From assembly GCA_045587165.1 (NCBI GenBank), contig JAZNBT010000045.1, positions 1 through 50,925 of the forward strand: a stretch of DNA of 50,925 nt, read 5' to 3'. This DNA comes from Alphaproteobacteria bacterium (lineage in GTDB: Bacteria; Pseudomonadota; Alphaproteobacteria; CAAGCB01; CAG-977). Position numbers and translations under genes: made by a program. Below are positions 18,716-28,893 of this stretch, piece by piece (positions within the stretch are counted from its first letter, which is position 1; the number at the start of each line of letters is the position of its first letter). Under the pieces are notes generated by a model. It was not told the DNA's origin. It saw only the letters and a list, made by a program, of their open reading frames with translations, and ran no database searches.

Positions 18716-19044
18716 GGCTACCCTCCTGTTTTTCCTGTCCGCGTGCTTCGCGGCGACCTTTCACAAAACCCTTTGTCGAAACAAAACCGCAAAACGGCGG
18801 ATACAATTCGGGCTTTGACCTTTTATGCCATTTTAAAGTTAAAAAATCCGCCAAAGCAACGAAAAATGTATATATCTGACGTTATAATCCGCTGAAATCC
18901 GCCGTTTTTCCGAAATATATAACCAAAGTCATAGATTCAATAAATCATTGAAAAACAATAAAAATATGTTTTTAAAACAAAAGGGAACTTTTTTATCCTT
19001 CAAGAAAAAAGTTTGATTTTTCAACGATCGGCATAAATAAAAAA

Positions 19045-19767
19045 ATGCCGCAAACGCGTTTTCGCGAATCGGGCGGCCTTACGCCGAAGGGTTTATTGAA
19101 ATCCGCCGCCGCATCCCGTATGATGATATTCCGAACAAAAAAACAAAAAAAAGAAATGCCCGATATTTCCTATTTTCAAGAAATTACCAGAAAAGCCGTT
19201 CATCTGAGCTCTTTATGGATGCCCGCATTGATTTTGTTCGCCTCCGCCCCCGTTCCCGCCGCCGTCTTTGCCGGAATGTTGGCCGTAAACGTATTGATCG
19301 AATACGGGTATTATAAAAAATGGAACATCGTTTTAAAAATTTACGGTCCGCTGTTCGGTAAAATGCTGCGCTCGCAAAAAAACGACGGAAAATTTCGTTT
19401 AAGCGGCGCCCCCTTTGTTTTAACGGCGGCGTTCTATTCCTGTTTGCTGTTCACCCCGATTAACGCCGCGGCGGCCATGACGGTCATGCTGATCGCGGAC
19501 ACGGCCGCCGCTCTGATCGGGCGAAGAATCGGAAAGCATAAAATCAACCATAACACCAAAAGCATCGAAGGATCCGTCGCTTTTTTAATATCCGGCTGGG
19601 CGGTCATCGGCATCTTCGCCGCTTTATTTCAACCCGCCGGCGGTTTCATATTACGCGGCACGATCGGCGTTTTCTTCGCAATGTGGGCGGAACTTTACGA
19701 AGACCGTTTAAAAATCGACGATAATTTATCAATTCCCCTGATCGTCGGCGCCTGTCTGACCGTCTGA
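19045..19767 (+). CDS. CdsA/dolichol-phytol kinase superfamily membrane protein (CTP-dependent polyprenol kinase-like); start uncertain
   Basis: Multi-TM ORF with IGRRIGKHK...KSIEGSVAFLISGW and a C-terminal DNLSIPL, typical of this superfamily. Several in-frame ATGs could serve as the start. Confidence 0.6.
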   Translation: MPQTRFRESGGLTPKGLLKSAAASRMMIFRTKKQKKEMPDISYFQEITRKAVHLSSLWMPALILFASAPVPAAVFAGMLAVNVLIEYGYYKKWNIVLKIYGPLFGKMLRSQKNDGKFRLSGAPFVLTAAFYSCLLFTPINAAAAMTVMLIADTAAALIGRRIGKHKINHNTKSIEGSVAFLISGWAVIGIFAALFQPAGGFILRGTIGVFFAMWAELYEDRLKIDDNLSIPLIVGACLTV

Positions 19768-20922
19768 CGGCAAAATTCGAAACAGCGTCATTTCCGACGG
19801 CGCAAATAAACGCATCGGCGGCCCCCAATAACCCGTACCGCGGGAAACGTAGATTTTCGACCCCTCCGTTTCCAAATCATACAAACCCGCCAAATACCGG
19901 TTCACCGGCTTGACAAGAAAATGAAACGGAAAAATCTGCCCGCCGTGCGTATGCCCCGACACCTGCAAATCAAACAATTCCGATTGATCGGGGGCGTCTT
20001 TGCCGTTCGGCAACGGCGAATGGGACATCAAAATCCGAAACTGTCTGGGAACCGACCGGTACATCGCCAAGGCTATATCCGGCGCCATGTTCTTTACCCT
20101 GCGAAAAGCGGCATCCGTCACCCCGCCGATAAAAACATCCGTCCGCCCCCCGATCGCCGCACCGTCGTTTTGCAAAACTTTTATGCCGGAATCTTTAAAA
20201 ACACGCTCCCATTTTTTAAAATTGTTATACAGTTCGTGATTACCCATAACGGCAAACACGCCTCCGGAAGCTTTCAAATTTTTAAAACGGGCGGCAATCA
20301 ATCCGGATTCATCCGATCTGTCGTCCCCGATATCGCCTGCCAGCAAAACAGCGTCCGGCCGCAAACCGTTTACCCGTTCAATCAGCTTTTCAATCTTTTT
20401 AACCGAAACGCCGCGGTGAATATGTATGTCAGATAACAATACAAACGTAAACGGACGTGAAACCTTGTCCGTCGTTAAAACGACTTCTTTGACTTCCGCG
20501 ACTTTCGTCCCTTCATAAACGGCATAAAAAGAAATTAAAACCGCAACACACAGCGTCAGCCGATTAACCGGATCGCGAAGCTCCGGCCTGCTCGGGTCAA
20601 TCTTGCCCGCAAAAGGCGTTTTAATCAAACGGCAAATTCCGTAAACACCGTACCAGACAACATTACGCAGCAATAAAACGGAAAAAAGAAAAAAAGCCGT
20701 TCCGAACAAATAATACCCTACGTTGTGAATCCAGCCCGCCGCCGTCGGATTCACCCACTCACCCCGAATAAATCCGCGCAAAAGAAAAGGAGCCACCCAA
20801 AAACACAAAATAACGAAAAAAATCCGAACCCTGTGCGAAATCGACGCGGATTTCGAATGTAAACTATACGCCGTAAAAAGTGACGCCATTGTACCAATTA
20901 AAACAACCAAGAAAAAAAACAT
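19729..20922 (-). CDS. Membrane-anchored metallophosphoesterase (calcineurin-like)
   Basis: 397 aa. The N-terminal ~140 aa are polytopic. The remainder shows LLSDIHI, LAGDIGD, GNHE and SGHTHGG metallophosphatase motifs. Confidence 0.85.
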   Translation of the reverse strand: MFFFLVVLIGTMASLFTAYSLHSKSASISHRVRIFFVILCFWVAPFLLRGFIRGEWVNPTAAGWIHNVGYYLFGTAFFLFSVLLLRNVVWYGVYGICRLIKTPFAGKIDPSRPELRDPVNRLTLCVAVLISFYAVYEGTKVAEVKEVVLTTDKVSRPFTFVLLSDIHIHRGVSVKKIEKLIERVNGLRPDAVLLAGDIGDDRSDESGLIAARFKNLKASGGVFAVMGNHELYNNFKKWERVFKDSGIKVLQNDGAAIGGRTDVFIGGVTDAAFRRVKNMAPDIALAMYRSVPRQFRILMSHSPLPNGKDAPDQSELFDLQVSGHTHGGQIFPFHFLVKPVNRYLAGLYDLETEGSKIYVSRGTGYWGPPMRLFAPSEMTLFRILPSDGQTGADDQGN

Positions 20923-20923
20923 A

Positions 20924-21961
20924 CTATTTCCTTTTTAAATACTCTCCGCGAAATCCCTTTTGCGTCCCGATCAAACGGCCGATACCGAGAATTTTCGTTT
21001 CAATATCGCTGCGGCAGAAAACAGCCGTATTATCAACATTGACCTTGCCCGGATACAGCTCATACTTTTTACGGCACTCTCCGCTCGTAACGTTAGGCAT
21101 CACGACATTCGCCCCGCTTTGCAAAGCGATGATACGTCCGTTCGGATCCAACGTCTCCATCGCCGTCGTCGCCGGAATATTAATATCCGGCAATAATAAA
21201 CGCGTCAACGCCATCGTTTTTAAAGACAATGTGAACGCCCGCCCCGTCGCATCCGCCAACGGCGTTTGCGCATGCGGAATAAACGGCCCTATTCCCGCCA
21301 TATCGACATCCGTTTGTTTAAAAAACAAAATATCGTCCGCGATCGATTCAATGCTCTGCCCCGGCAATCCCACCATCGATCCCGATCCGGTTTCATAGCC
21401 CAACCGCTTTAAATCCTGCAAACAACGGTAACGGTCGTCCCAGCTCATCCCCGGATCAAGACGGTGATACAAATCCCGATCCGTCGTTTCGATTCGAAGC
21501 AAATATCTGTCCGCGCCCGCGTCCCTGTAAGCCTTATATTCTTCATATGTCTTTTCGCCGATACTTAACGTTACGGCCATATCCATATCTTTAACGGCGC
21601 GAATGATTTTCGTCAAACGATCCGTCGTGAAATAAACGTCTTCACCCGATTGCATTACAACCGTTTTATAGCCAAGCTTCGCAGCCATCGCCGCATGATC
21701 GATAATTTCATCGACATCCAGCCGATAACGTTGCGCCAACCTGTTATCGCGACGAATGCCGCAGTAACAACAGTTGTTGCGACAATAATTCGAAAATTCG
21801 ATCAATGCGCGCAAATGAACCGCCGGCCCGACGAACAAATCGCGCACTCTGTCCGCCGCAGCCAACAATTCGGATGTCGATTTTTCGTCGTAAAGCAAAG
21901 CCGTCAGTTCGGCCTTTTCCAAACTATGCGTCTTTTCCGCTTTTTCAATCAAATCAAGCAT
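20924..21961 (-). CDS. hydE: [FeFe]-hydrogenase maturase HydE-type radical SAM protein
   Basis: 345 aa. EFSNYCRNNCCYCGIRRDN carries the CX3CX2C motif. QSGED, ETGSGSMVGLPGQ, GIGPFIPH, NIPATTAM and YELYPGK match my recollection of Thermotoga HydE along the full length. Confidence 0.8.
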   Translation of the reverse strand: MLDLIEKAEKTHSLEKAELTALLYDEKSTSELLAAADRVRDLFVGPAVHLRALIEFSNYCRNNCCYCGIRRDNRLAQRYRLDVDEIIDHAAMAAKLGYKTVVMQSGEDVYFTTDRLTKIIRAVKDMDMAVTLSIGEKTYEEYKAYRDAGADRYLLRIETTDRDLYHRLDPGMSWDDRYRCLQDLKRLGYETGSGSMVGLPGQSIESIADDILFFKQTDVDMAGIGPFIPHAQTPLADATGRAFTLSLKTMALTRLLLPDINIPATTAMETLDPNGRIIALQSGANVVMPNVTSGECRKKYELYPGKVNVDNTAVFCRSDIETKILGIGRLIGTQKGFRGEYLKRK

Positions 21962-21964
21962 AAT

Positions 21965-22522
21965 TTAAGTCCTAAGCAGCAAAACATTGCCGCAACGTCC
22001 CCGCATACGAAGCCACCGATCGGATTTTTTCTGCGGATTTTCTTGCCAAAAACGATCGAATAAACGCTGATGACGCGCCGCATATTCCGGATCGTTCGTA
22101 AATATATTGCAAACTTCATGATTCCTTTCCGATGCCGAATCCGTCCAGTTAAAAGAACCGCTGACAGCGCTTTCGGCATCAAAAACAGCGATCTTTGCGT
22201 GCATCAATCCCTTGGTCGTGTGAACGCGTACGTCTATTCCGGAAATCATCAACAATTCAATATCGTTCATATTCTTAATCGCCGCTAACTGCGCACGATC
22301 GGTCAGCAAACGAATTTTCACACCCCTTTTCCGCGCGGCTATCAACGCATTGACAATGGATTTTCTGTTGATTGAATAAACGGCCGCATCAATGTATTTC
22401 TCCGCCCCGTCAATCAGGGATACAATCCTTTTTTCACAAACCGTTCCGTCTGCCAGTTCATTCAAAGCAAACGCCCGCGGAATACACAAAAAAAGAAAAA
22501 AGAAAACCAGAAAAAAACGCAT
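21965..22522 (-). CDS. Secreted phospholipase D superfamily protein, Nuc-like single-HKD endonuclease
   Basis: 185 aa with a signal peptide (MRFFLVFFFLFLCIPRAFA). HKD motif MHAKIAVFD followed by GSFNWT. Confidence 0.8.
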   Translation of the reverse strand: MRFFLVFFFLFLCIPRAFALNELADGTVCEKRIVSLIDGAEKYIDAAVYSINRKSIVNALIAARKRGVKIRLLTDRAQLAAIKNMNDIELLMISGIDVRVHTTKGLMHAKIAVFDAESAVSGSFNWTDSASERNHEVCNIFTNDPEYAARHQRLFDRFWQENPQKKSDRWLRMRGRCGNVLLLRT

Positions 22523-22664
22523 AAAATCATCCCTGAAAACAAAACATCCTTATATATAACATGTTCATTTTAATAAAAAAAGAAACTTGCTTACCAAATT
22601 CTTTTTGCTTTTTTTCGGCTTTAAATGCTTTTAAACTGACCGTAAAAAAACATACGAGGCAGGC

Positions 22665-23900
22665 ATGACGACTTTTATCGCCGCGGGATCGAATCTGAAC
22701 GATCGCTTAAAGAATCTGACGAACGCCGTTAACGCTTTGAAACAAGCCGGATACGATATCTCCGGAATATCGCCGGTTTACGAAACGCCGGCGGCTTTGT
22801 TATACGCAACGGCTAAAGATGATTGGAACAGACCTTACTTAAACTGCATCATTCGATTGAACACGGATAAAAACGCTTTCGACCTGTTGACCGATTTAAA
22901 AGACATCGAAAAAAAAGCCGGCAGAAACGCATCGGAACGTTGGGCGCCGCGACCGATCGATCTGGATATTATCGAACACAACAACGAAAAAATCGACACG
23001 CCCGAATTATGCGTGCCGCACAAACTCTGCCTGAAACGCAGTTTCGTTCTGGATCCGCTGTCGTTTTTTAAATCCGTATCGCCCGAATTCCTGTATACCC
23101 GAACACATCAGCCGCTGATCATGGGTATTTTAAACGTCACGCACGATTCTTTTTCCGACGGCGGACAAAACAATCAAATCGAAACGTTCATACAAAACTT
23201 TAACGCTTGGCAGAACGGGCTTATCCCCTTAATCGATATCGGCGCGGAATCTTCAAAACCGGGCGCAACGCCTTTGTCCAACGAAGAAGAGGCAAAACGG
23301 CTGAAAAACGTTTTCGAATTCACAAAATCATTTAAAAAAGACCTTTTTTCACCGCGATTAAGTATCGACACCTATCACTGGAAAACGGCTTTAACCGCTT
23401 TGGAAAACGGATTTGACATTATTAACGACATCCGCGGGCTTGACGATGCGAACATGTTGGCTTTGGCAAAAGACAACAAAGAAAAGCCGTGCGTTTTCAT
23501 GCATCACGACGATATAAAAAACATCGAATTGAAAGAAACCGTCTCCTGCATACAACACTGGCTGGAAAACAAATTAAATGTGTTCGAACAAAATGGTTTG
23601 AACAAACAAAATTTGATCTTTGATCCCGGTATCGGTTTCGGGAAAAACGCCTGTCAATCTTTGCAGATTTTACAAAACCTTGAAAGCTTCCACCGTTTCG
23701 GCGTACGGTTACTGATCGGACATTCCAGAAAATCGTTTATGAACGTCTTTACAAATAAAAATCCGGTGCAAAAAGATACGGAAACGATCGGTATTTCGAT
23801 GAAAATCGCCGAAAAAACGGATATCTTGCGCGTTCACGCACCGCTTGAACACAAAGACGCGCTGTTGGCAAAAGCCCATTTGGAAAATCAGTTTTTTTGA
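22665..23900 (+). CDS. folKP: Bifunctional HPPK / dihydropteroate synthase (FolK-FolP fusion)
   Basis: 411 aa. The N-terminal half is HPPK (AGSNL, SPVYETPA, RWAPRPIDLDII). The C-terminal half is DHPS (IMGILNVTHDSFSDGG, IDIGAESSKPGA, DPGIGFGK, GHSRKSF). Confidence 0.9.
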   Translation: MTTFIAAGSNLNDRLKNLTNAVNALKQAGYDISGISPVYETPAALLYATAKDDWNRPYLNCIIRLNTDKNAFDLLTDLKDIEKKAGRNASERWAPRPIDLDIIEHNNEKIDTPELCVPHKLCLKRSFVLDPLSFFKSVSPEFLYTRTHQPLIMGILNVTHDSFSDGGQNNQIETFIQNFNAWQNGLIPLIDIGAESSKPGATPLSNEEEAKRLKNVFEFTKSFKKDLFSPRLSIDTYHWKTALTALENGFDIINDIRGLDDANMLALAKDNKEKPCVFMHHDDIKNIELKETVSCIQHWLENKLNVFEQNGLNKQNLIFDPGIGFGKNACQSLQILQNLESFHRFGVRLLIGHSRKSFMNVFTNKNPVQKDTETIGISMKIAEKTDILRVHAPLEHKDALLAKAHLENQFF

Positions 23901-25049
23901 TTAACGCCCCTGCCCCTGCCGACGCTTCAACATCTGCGCCGTCTGATCCCGATCAACAGCATATTTGCGTAATTCCGGATGCGCCGTTTTCTGCCGGCCG
24001 TTTAAAACGCTCTGCGCCCCGGAAGGCATTGTTTTAAAGCCGGAACGCGCAAACTTTTTCAGCTTTTTGCCTTTTAATTCCTCTACGCTTAACGGATTTG
24101 TCAATTTGATATCCGACAATTCCGTATTTTCAACACCGGTATCCAAATTAAAATTGGGAACGGCCTTTAAAAATTCGCGTTTATTGCCGTTTTCAATGTA
24201 TTTTTCAGCAGCTAGAATGAAATCTGTTCCGCGCTGAACGGCGTCCTGCGTCAAACCGGACAAAGTGTTATATACCGTTTCCCCCGTTACGGGATGTTTA
24301 AAAGATTCAAAGTCCTTTAATTTTGGCGGCATTTGCCTTCCGTGCTGATAAAAACCGGATGCGGCCATACCCAACTGCCCGTCCAAAAAATCATCCAATC
24401 GATGCAACAATTTACCCATTGTCTTATTTTTGGTTACCCGACCGATAAATAATTGAACAGCCATGCTGCTTTGATAAAGGACATTCAAATCATCGTCGAT
24501 TTTAAACGCCTTTTGATAATTCCGGCAGAAAAAATCCGCCGCCGTTTTACGGTCTTTATGATCGTCCACCAGTTTTTTCAACGGTTTGAACGTCATCAGG
24601 CTTTTCTTTTTCTGTTTCAGAAAATGAACGTCAAGCCATGTTTCAACATAACGATGACGGATTTTAGCCAATTTAACGTGATCTTCATCGGGATTGTTTT
24701 TTCGTACCTGAGACCCCGCAACACTGTAGACAAACGGATGAAAAACCGAATCAACCGCGGCATGCGTTAAAAAGCCATAAACAAACGCTTTTTCCGCCGC
24801 CTGCTTTTCAGGATCCTTTTCTTTACGGATATCATCCAACATTTCTAAAACGACACCGCGCGTATCATCCCCGTATCCGCCGTGCATTTTCGTTGACAGC
24901 TCCGATTCCGGACCATACAAAAAACTGTCGTGAGATATCGCCCCCATATGAAAAACGGTCTCACACGCATCGACGCTTTGACGAACTTCGGCCGGCAAGC
25001 GATCGCGAATATCATTGGCTAACATAACGTGAGTGAGATCTCTTGGCAT
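23901..25049 (-). CDS. Zinc-dependent phospholipase C-like family protein (tentative)
   Basis: 382 aa. N-terminal H-rich pattern (THVMLANDI, HMGAISHDSFLYG, FLTHAAVDSVFHPF) is reminiscent of the Zn_dep_PLPC fold. No signal peptide. Confidence 0.5.
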   Translation of the reverse strand: MPRDLTHVMLANDIRDRLPAEVRQSVDACETVFHMGAISHDSFLYGPESELSTKMHGGYGDDTRGVVLEMLDDIRKEKDPEKQAAEKAFVYGFLTHAAVDSVFHPFVYSVAGSQVRKNNPDEDHVKLAKIRHRYVETWLDVHFLKQKKKSLMTFKPLKKLVDDHKDRKTAADFFCRNYQKAFKIDDDLNVLYQSSMAVQLFIGRVTKNKTMGKLLHRLDDFLDGQLGMAASGFYQHGRQMPPKLKDFESFKHPVTGETVYNTLSGLTQDAVQRGTDFILAAEKYIENGNKREFLKAVPNFNLDTGVENTELSDIKLTNPLSVEELKGKKLKKFARSGFKTMPSGAQSVLNGRQKTAHPELRKYAVDRDQTAQMLKRRQGQGR

Positions 25050-25142
25050 AATTTTTCCTTGATTGTTTTATTTGATTTTCAAAGAAGATACCTTAATTGT
25101 CAACACCTTTTTGACAAAAACGCGCCATTTTGTCAAAAATTT

Positions 25143-27038
25143 TCAAGAAAGCTCGAACATGCCCGTATAAAGCTGATAATACCGACCTTTTAAACGGATT
25201 AATTCTTCATGCGTCCCCGTTTCTATAATTCGTCCCGCATCTAAAACGACAATCCTATCCGCGTTGCGAACCGTCGAAAGACGGTGGGCGATAACAAATA
25301 CCGTACGCCCCTTCATTAACGTGTTCATTCCCTGTTCGATTAAAAACTCCGTACGCGTGTCAACCGAACTGGTCGCTTCGTCTAAAATCAATACCGGCGG
25401 ATTGGCGACGGCGGCTCGCGCGATTGATATCAACTGCCGCTGACCTTGCGATAAATTTCCGCCGTCCGCCGTTAAAACCGTTTGATATCCGTCAGGCAAA
25501 GAAGAAATAAAAGAATCGGCGTTCGCCAATTTCGCCGCGGCATAAACTTCTTCATCCGTCGCATCCAGTTTGCCGTAACGGATATTGTCCATAACCGTTC
25601 CCGTAAACAAATGCGTATCCTGCAAAACCATCGATAAAGATCGACGCAAATCGCCTTTTCTGATTTTATTGATATTGATGCCGTCATAACGGATTTTTCC
25701 GTTCGGAACCTGATAAAAACGGTTCAATAAATTCGTAATCGTTGTTTTTCCGGCGCCGGTAGAGCCGACAAAAGCGATTTTTTGACCGGCTTTCGCGTTC
25801 AAGGAAATACCGTTTAAAACCGTTTTTTCGGGTTCATAACCGAAAACAACGTTATCCAATACGACCTCTCCTTTTAACGGCGTATATGTCAGCGAATGGT
25901 CCTGATGCGGATGTTTCCACGCCCACCGTCCGGTCGTATACGGAACCTCCGTAATAACGCCGTCTTCGGAAATCTCAGCATTCACCAACGTTACATAACC
26001 GTCGTCCGTCGTTTCCGTTTCATCAAGAAAAGCAAAAATCCTTTCCGCACCGGCCAAAGCGGATAAAATGGAATTCAATTGCATCGACATGTGACCTATC
26101 GGCGCGCAGAAATTGCGCACATACTGCAAAAAGGCGGCAATCGTTCCCAAATCCATACGCCCGACAATAGCCAGATAACCGCCGGCCATGGAAACAACCG
26201 CAAAAAGAAGATACGATAAATTACCGATTATCGGCATCAATATGTTACCGAACGTATGCGCGTTCGCCGCTTGACGGAACAGATTTTCGCTGCGTTCGGC
26301 GAATTCTTTTTTGATTTGGGTTTCCCGGCTGAAAACTTTAACGATTTTAACGCCTTGCGACATTTCCTCTATATAGCTGTTAACATGCCCCAACGCTTTT
26401 TGCTGTTTGGAAAAATAACCCGCGCTTTTCTTTGAAACGTATTTGACGGTCGCCAGCATCAAAAGCAAAACCGCAATAACAATAAGCGTCAATACGGGAC
26501 TGAGAACAATCATCATCACAAAGATGCCGATAACCGTCAGCAACGATTGAAGCATGTTGGGCAAACTCATCGAAAGCATTTCTCTGAGCGTATCGACATC
26601 ATTGGTATAAAGGCTCATTACTTCGCCGTGCGTATGCGTATCGAAAAAACGTATCGGCAGCTTTTGCATATGAGAAAACATATCTTCGCGAATCCGGCGC
26701 ATCACGTCGGTCATCACATTCACCATCAGCCGGTTGGACAGGTACGTGCTGAAAACTCCCGCCAACGAAATAGCCGTCATCAGCGCAATCAACAAGGAAA
26801 AACCTGACAAGTCTGGCTGTTTCCGACCGATTAAAGGAACGATATAATCGTTGACCGCCGGTTTAAGAAGATACGTTACGGCAATCCCCGTCACACCCGA
26901 AATCAAAATAGACAAGACGACAAAAAACAGTTGAAGCTTATACGATTTCAAATATGCCAACGGGCGACGAAGAGTCTTTAACGGATTTTTCGGTCTTTCC
27001 ATTTTCCGGCCTTGCATATGAGGAGGAGCTTTTGTCAT
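25143..27038 (-). CDS. ABC exporter permease/ATPase, consensus-site half of a heterodimer
   Basis: 631 aa with 6 TM plus an NBD. Walker A GSTGAGKTT and Walker B LILDEATSSVD with catalytic Glu. The signature is LSQGQ, deviating from LSGGQ. ATGA overlap with the upstream partner. Confidence 0.9.
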   Translation of the reverse strand: MTKAPPHMQGRKMERPKNPLKTLRRPLAYLKSYKLQLFFVVLSILISGVTGIAVTYLLKPAVNDYIVPLIGRKQPDLSGFSLLIALMTAISLAGVFSTYLSNRLMVNVMTDVMRRIREDMFSHMQKLPIRFFDTHTHGEVMSLYTNDVDTLREMLSMSLPNMLQSLLTVIGIFVMMIVLSPVLTLIVIAVLLLMLATVKYVSKKSAGYFSKQQKALGHVNSYIEEMSQGVKIVKVFSRETQIKKEFAERSENLFRQAANAHTFGNILMPIIGNLSYLLFAVVSMAGGYLAIVGRMDLGTIAAFLQYVRNFCAPIGHMSMQLNSILSALAGAERIFAFLDETETTDDGYVTLVNAEISEDGVITEVPYTTGRWAWKHPHQDHSLTYTPLKGEVVLDNVVFGYEPEKTVLNGISLNAKAGQKIAFVGSTGAGKTTITNLLNRFYQVPNGKIRYDGININKIRKGDLRRSLSMVLQDTHLFTGTVMDNIRYGKLDATDEEVYAAAKLANADSFISSLPDGYQTVLTADGGNLSQGQRQLISIARAAVANPPVLILDEATSSVDTRTEFLIEQGMNTLMKGRTVFVIAHRLSTVRNADRIVVLDAGRIIETGTHEELIRLKGRYYQLYTGMFELS

Positions 27039-28786
27039 TGTTCAGCTCCCTTTTGCTGAGAAACGAAGACTTCTCTATAAATCTCATTGCATCGCATCAA
27101 TTCGTCATGCGTGCCGATACCGTTGATTTTCCCTTCGTCTAAAACAATGATTTTATCGGCATCCATAATTGATGAAATACGCTGTGCGATAATAATCTTC
27201 GTCGTTTCTTTCAATGTTTCCTTCAACGCCGTTCGGATTTTCTTATCCGTAGCCGTATCAACCGCACTGGTCGAATCGTCCAAAATCAAAATTTTGGGCT
27301 TTTTCAACAACGCGCGCGCCAGACATAACCTTTGTTTTTGTCCGCCCGACACATTCACGCCTCCTTGTCCCAAAACCGTATCGTATCCTTGCGGAAAAGA
27401 CATGATGAAATCATCCGCCTGCGCCGCCCGGCACGCTTCTTTTATTTCCGAATCGGAAGCGTTTTCGTCACCCCATCTTAAATTTTCGATTATCGTTCCC
27501 GAAAACAACAAGTTGTTCTGAAGCACCATGGCCACCGACGAACGCAACGTCGACAGCCGATAATCCTTAATATCGTTTCCCCCTATTAAAATCCGTCCCG
27601 AAAAAACGTCATACAATCGGGGCAACAACTGAACGAATGTCGTTTTAGAAGATCCCGTGGCGCCGATAATTCCCACCGTTTCTCCGGATTCGACGGATAC
27701 GGATATGTTTTTCAGCGTCAAATTATCCTGTCTTTTCGAATAACTGAACGACACGTCTTCAAAAACAATCGAACCGTCTTGAAGCACCAAACCGTCCTTT
27801 CCTTCATCTGCAATATCGGGGACTTCGTTTAAAATCTCGCAAATCCTTTTAACGGACGCCTGAGAAATAACAACGCCTATAAACGCAAAAGACATCATCA
27901 TCAGGGAAATCAAAATCATTCCGATATACGTTAAAAAGCTGAACAATTCCCCTGTTTGCAATTTACCCTGAATAATCAGATTTCCGCCGAACCACACGAT
28001 GCAAATCAAGCACGTTTGCGTCGTGAAATTCATAATCGGCATATTCCAAATAACGATTTTTTCCGCCGATTTTTGAGTGTCACGCAATTCGGTCGAAGCC
28101 TTGTTGAATTTTTTATTTTCGTATTCTTCACGCACGAAGGCTTTGACAACGCGAACCGCCGTCAACATTTCCTGCAACGACGCATTTATCGCGTCATACT
28201 TTTCAAACATCTTAAGAAAACGGGGATGCGCTTTAAACGCAATCATCGCCAACGCCACACCTAAAAAAGGAATGGCCGCGAAAAAAACCAACGACAATTC
28301 AGTATTGATGCGCACGGCCATCAACGTCGCGCAAATCATCATCAACGGAGAACGCACCAAAGCGCGAATAATCATCATAAACGAATTTCGAACAAAGGTA
28401 ATGTCCGTCGTCAGGCGCGTGATTAAAGAAGCGGAAGAAAACTTATCCGTATTGGAAAAAGAAAAATCCTGAATTTTATTGAAAGCCGCCGTTCTGATTT
28501 CCTTGGCGAAACCGGCCGCGGCCACCGCCGCCAAACGCGCGGCCAAAGCTCCGAAAGCCAAAGATAACAGAGCCGCGACAATCATCAGAAATCCCGTTTT
28601 AAAAACAAACGGCAAATCTTTTTGCGCAATTCCTATATCTACGATTTTCGCCATTAAAAAGGGGATGTATATTTCCAACGCGACTTCCCCCGCTATCGCA
28701 AGCGGCGCCAGAATCGCGGGCTTTTTATACTTTCCCAAATAAGAAAACAGTTTAAAATACATTTTTTCCTCTATATTGTTTTTCAT
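27035..28786 (-). CDS. ABC exporter permease/ATPase, degenerate-site half of a heterodimer
   Basis: Start taken at ATG 28786 (MKNNIEEK...); the ORF-track start at 28834 is GTG. Walker A GATGSSKTT and signature VSGGQ. Walker B is ILILDDSTSAVD, with Asp replacing the catalytic Glu. Confidence 0.85.
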   Translation of the reverse strand: MKNNIEEKMYFKLFSYLGKYKKPAILAPLAIAGEVALEIYIPFLMAKIVDIGIAQKDLPFVFKTGFLMIVAALLSLAFGALAARLAAVAAAGFAKEIRTAAFNKIQDFSFSNTDKFSSASLITRLTTDITFVRNSFMMIIRALVRSPLMMICATLMAVRINTELSLVFFAAIPFLGVALAMIAFKAHPRFLKMFEKYDAINASLQEMLTAVRVVKAFVREEYENKKFNKASTELRDTQKSAEKIVIWNMPIMNFTTQTCLICIVWFGGNLIIQGKLQTGELFSFLTYIGMILISLMMMSFAFIGVVISQASVKRICEILNEVPDIADEGKDGLVLQDGSIVFEDVSFSYSKRQDNLTLKNISVSVESGETVGIIGATGSSKTTFVQLLPRLYDVFSGRILIGGNDIKDYRLSTLRSSVAMVLQNNLLFSGTIIENLRWGDENASDSEIKEACRAAQADDFIMSFPQGYDTVLGQGGVNVSGGQKQRLCLARALLKKPKILILDDSTSAVDTATDKKIRTALKETLKETTKIIIAQRISSIMDADKIIVLDEGKINGIGTHDELMRCNEIYREVFVSQQKGAEQ

Positions 28787-28893
28787 TAAACCGCCGAAAC
28801 AACAGATACGCAAGAAAAAAGGCCGGAAAAACACTCTTCTGTTTTTTTAAAAGACGGTTATAATCTCCGCGTTCAAACATAAGGAGATTTTTT

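Noticed and set aside
19729-19767. 39-bp overlap of the convergent 3' ends of the kinase-like and metallophosphoesterase genes as a regulatory feature
   Set aside because: Short convergent overlaps are common in compact genomes. No hairpin or other signal was seen.
20924-21961. Calling the radical SAM gene biotin synthase (bioB) or part of a hydrogenase locus
   Set aside because: The full-length pattern fits HydE better than BioB (no YNHNL-type BioB block). No hydrogenase structural or other maturase genes are nearby, so no locus-level claim is made.
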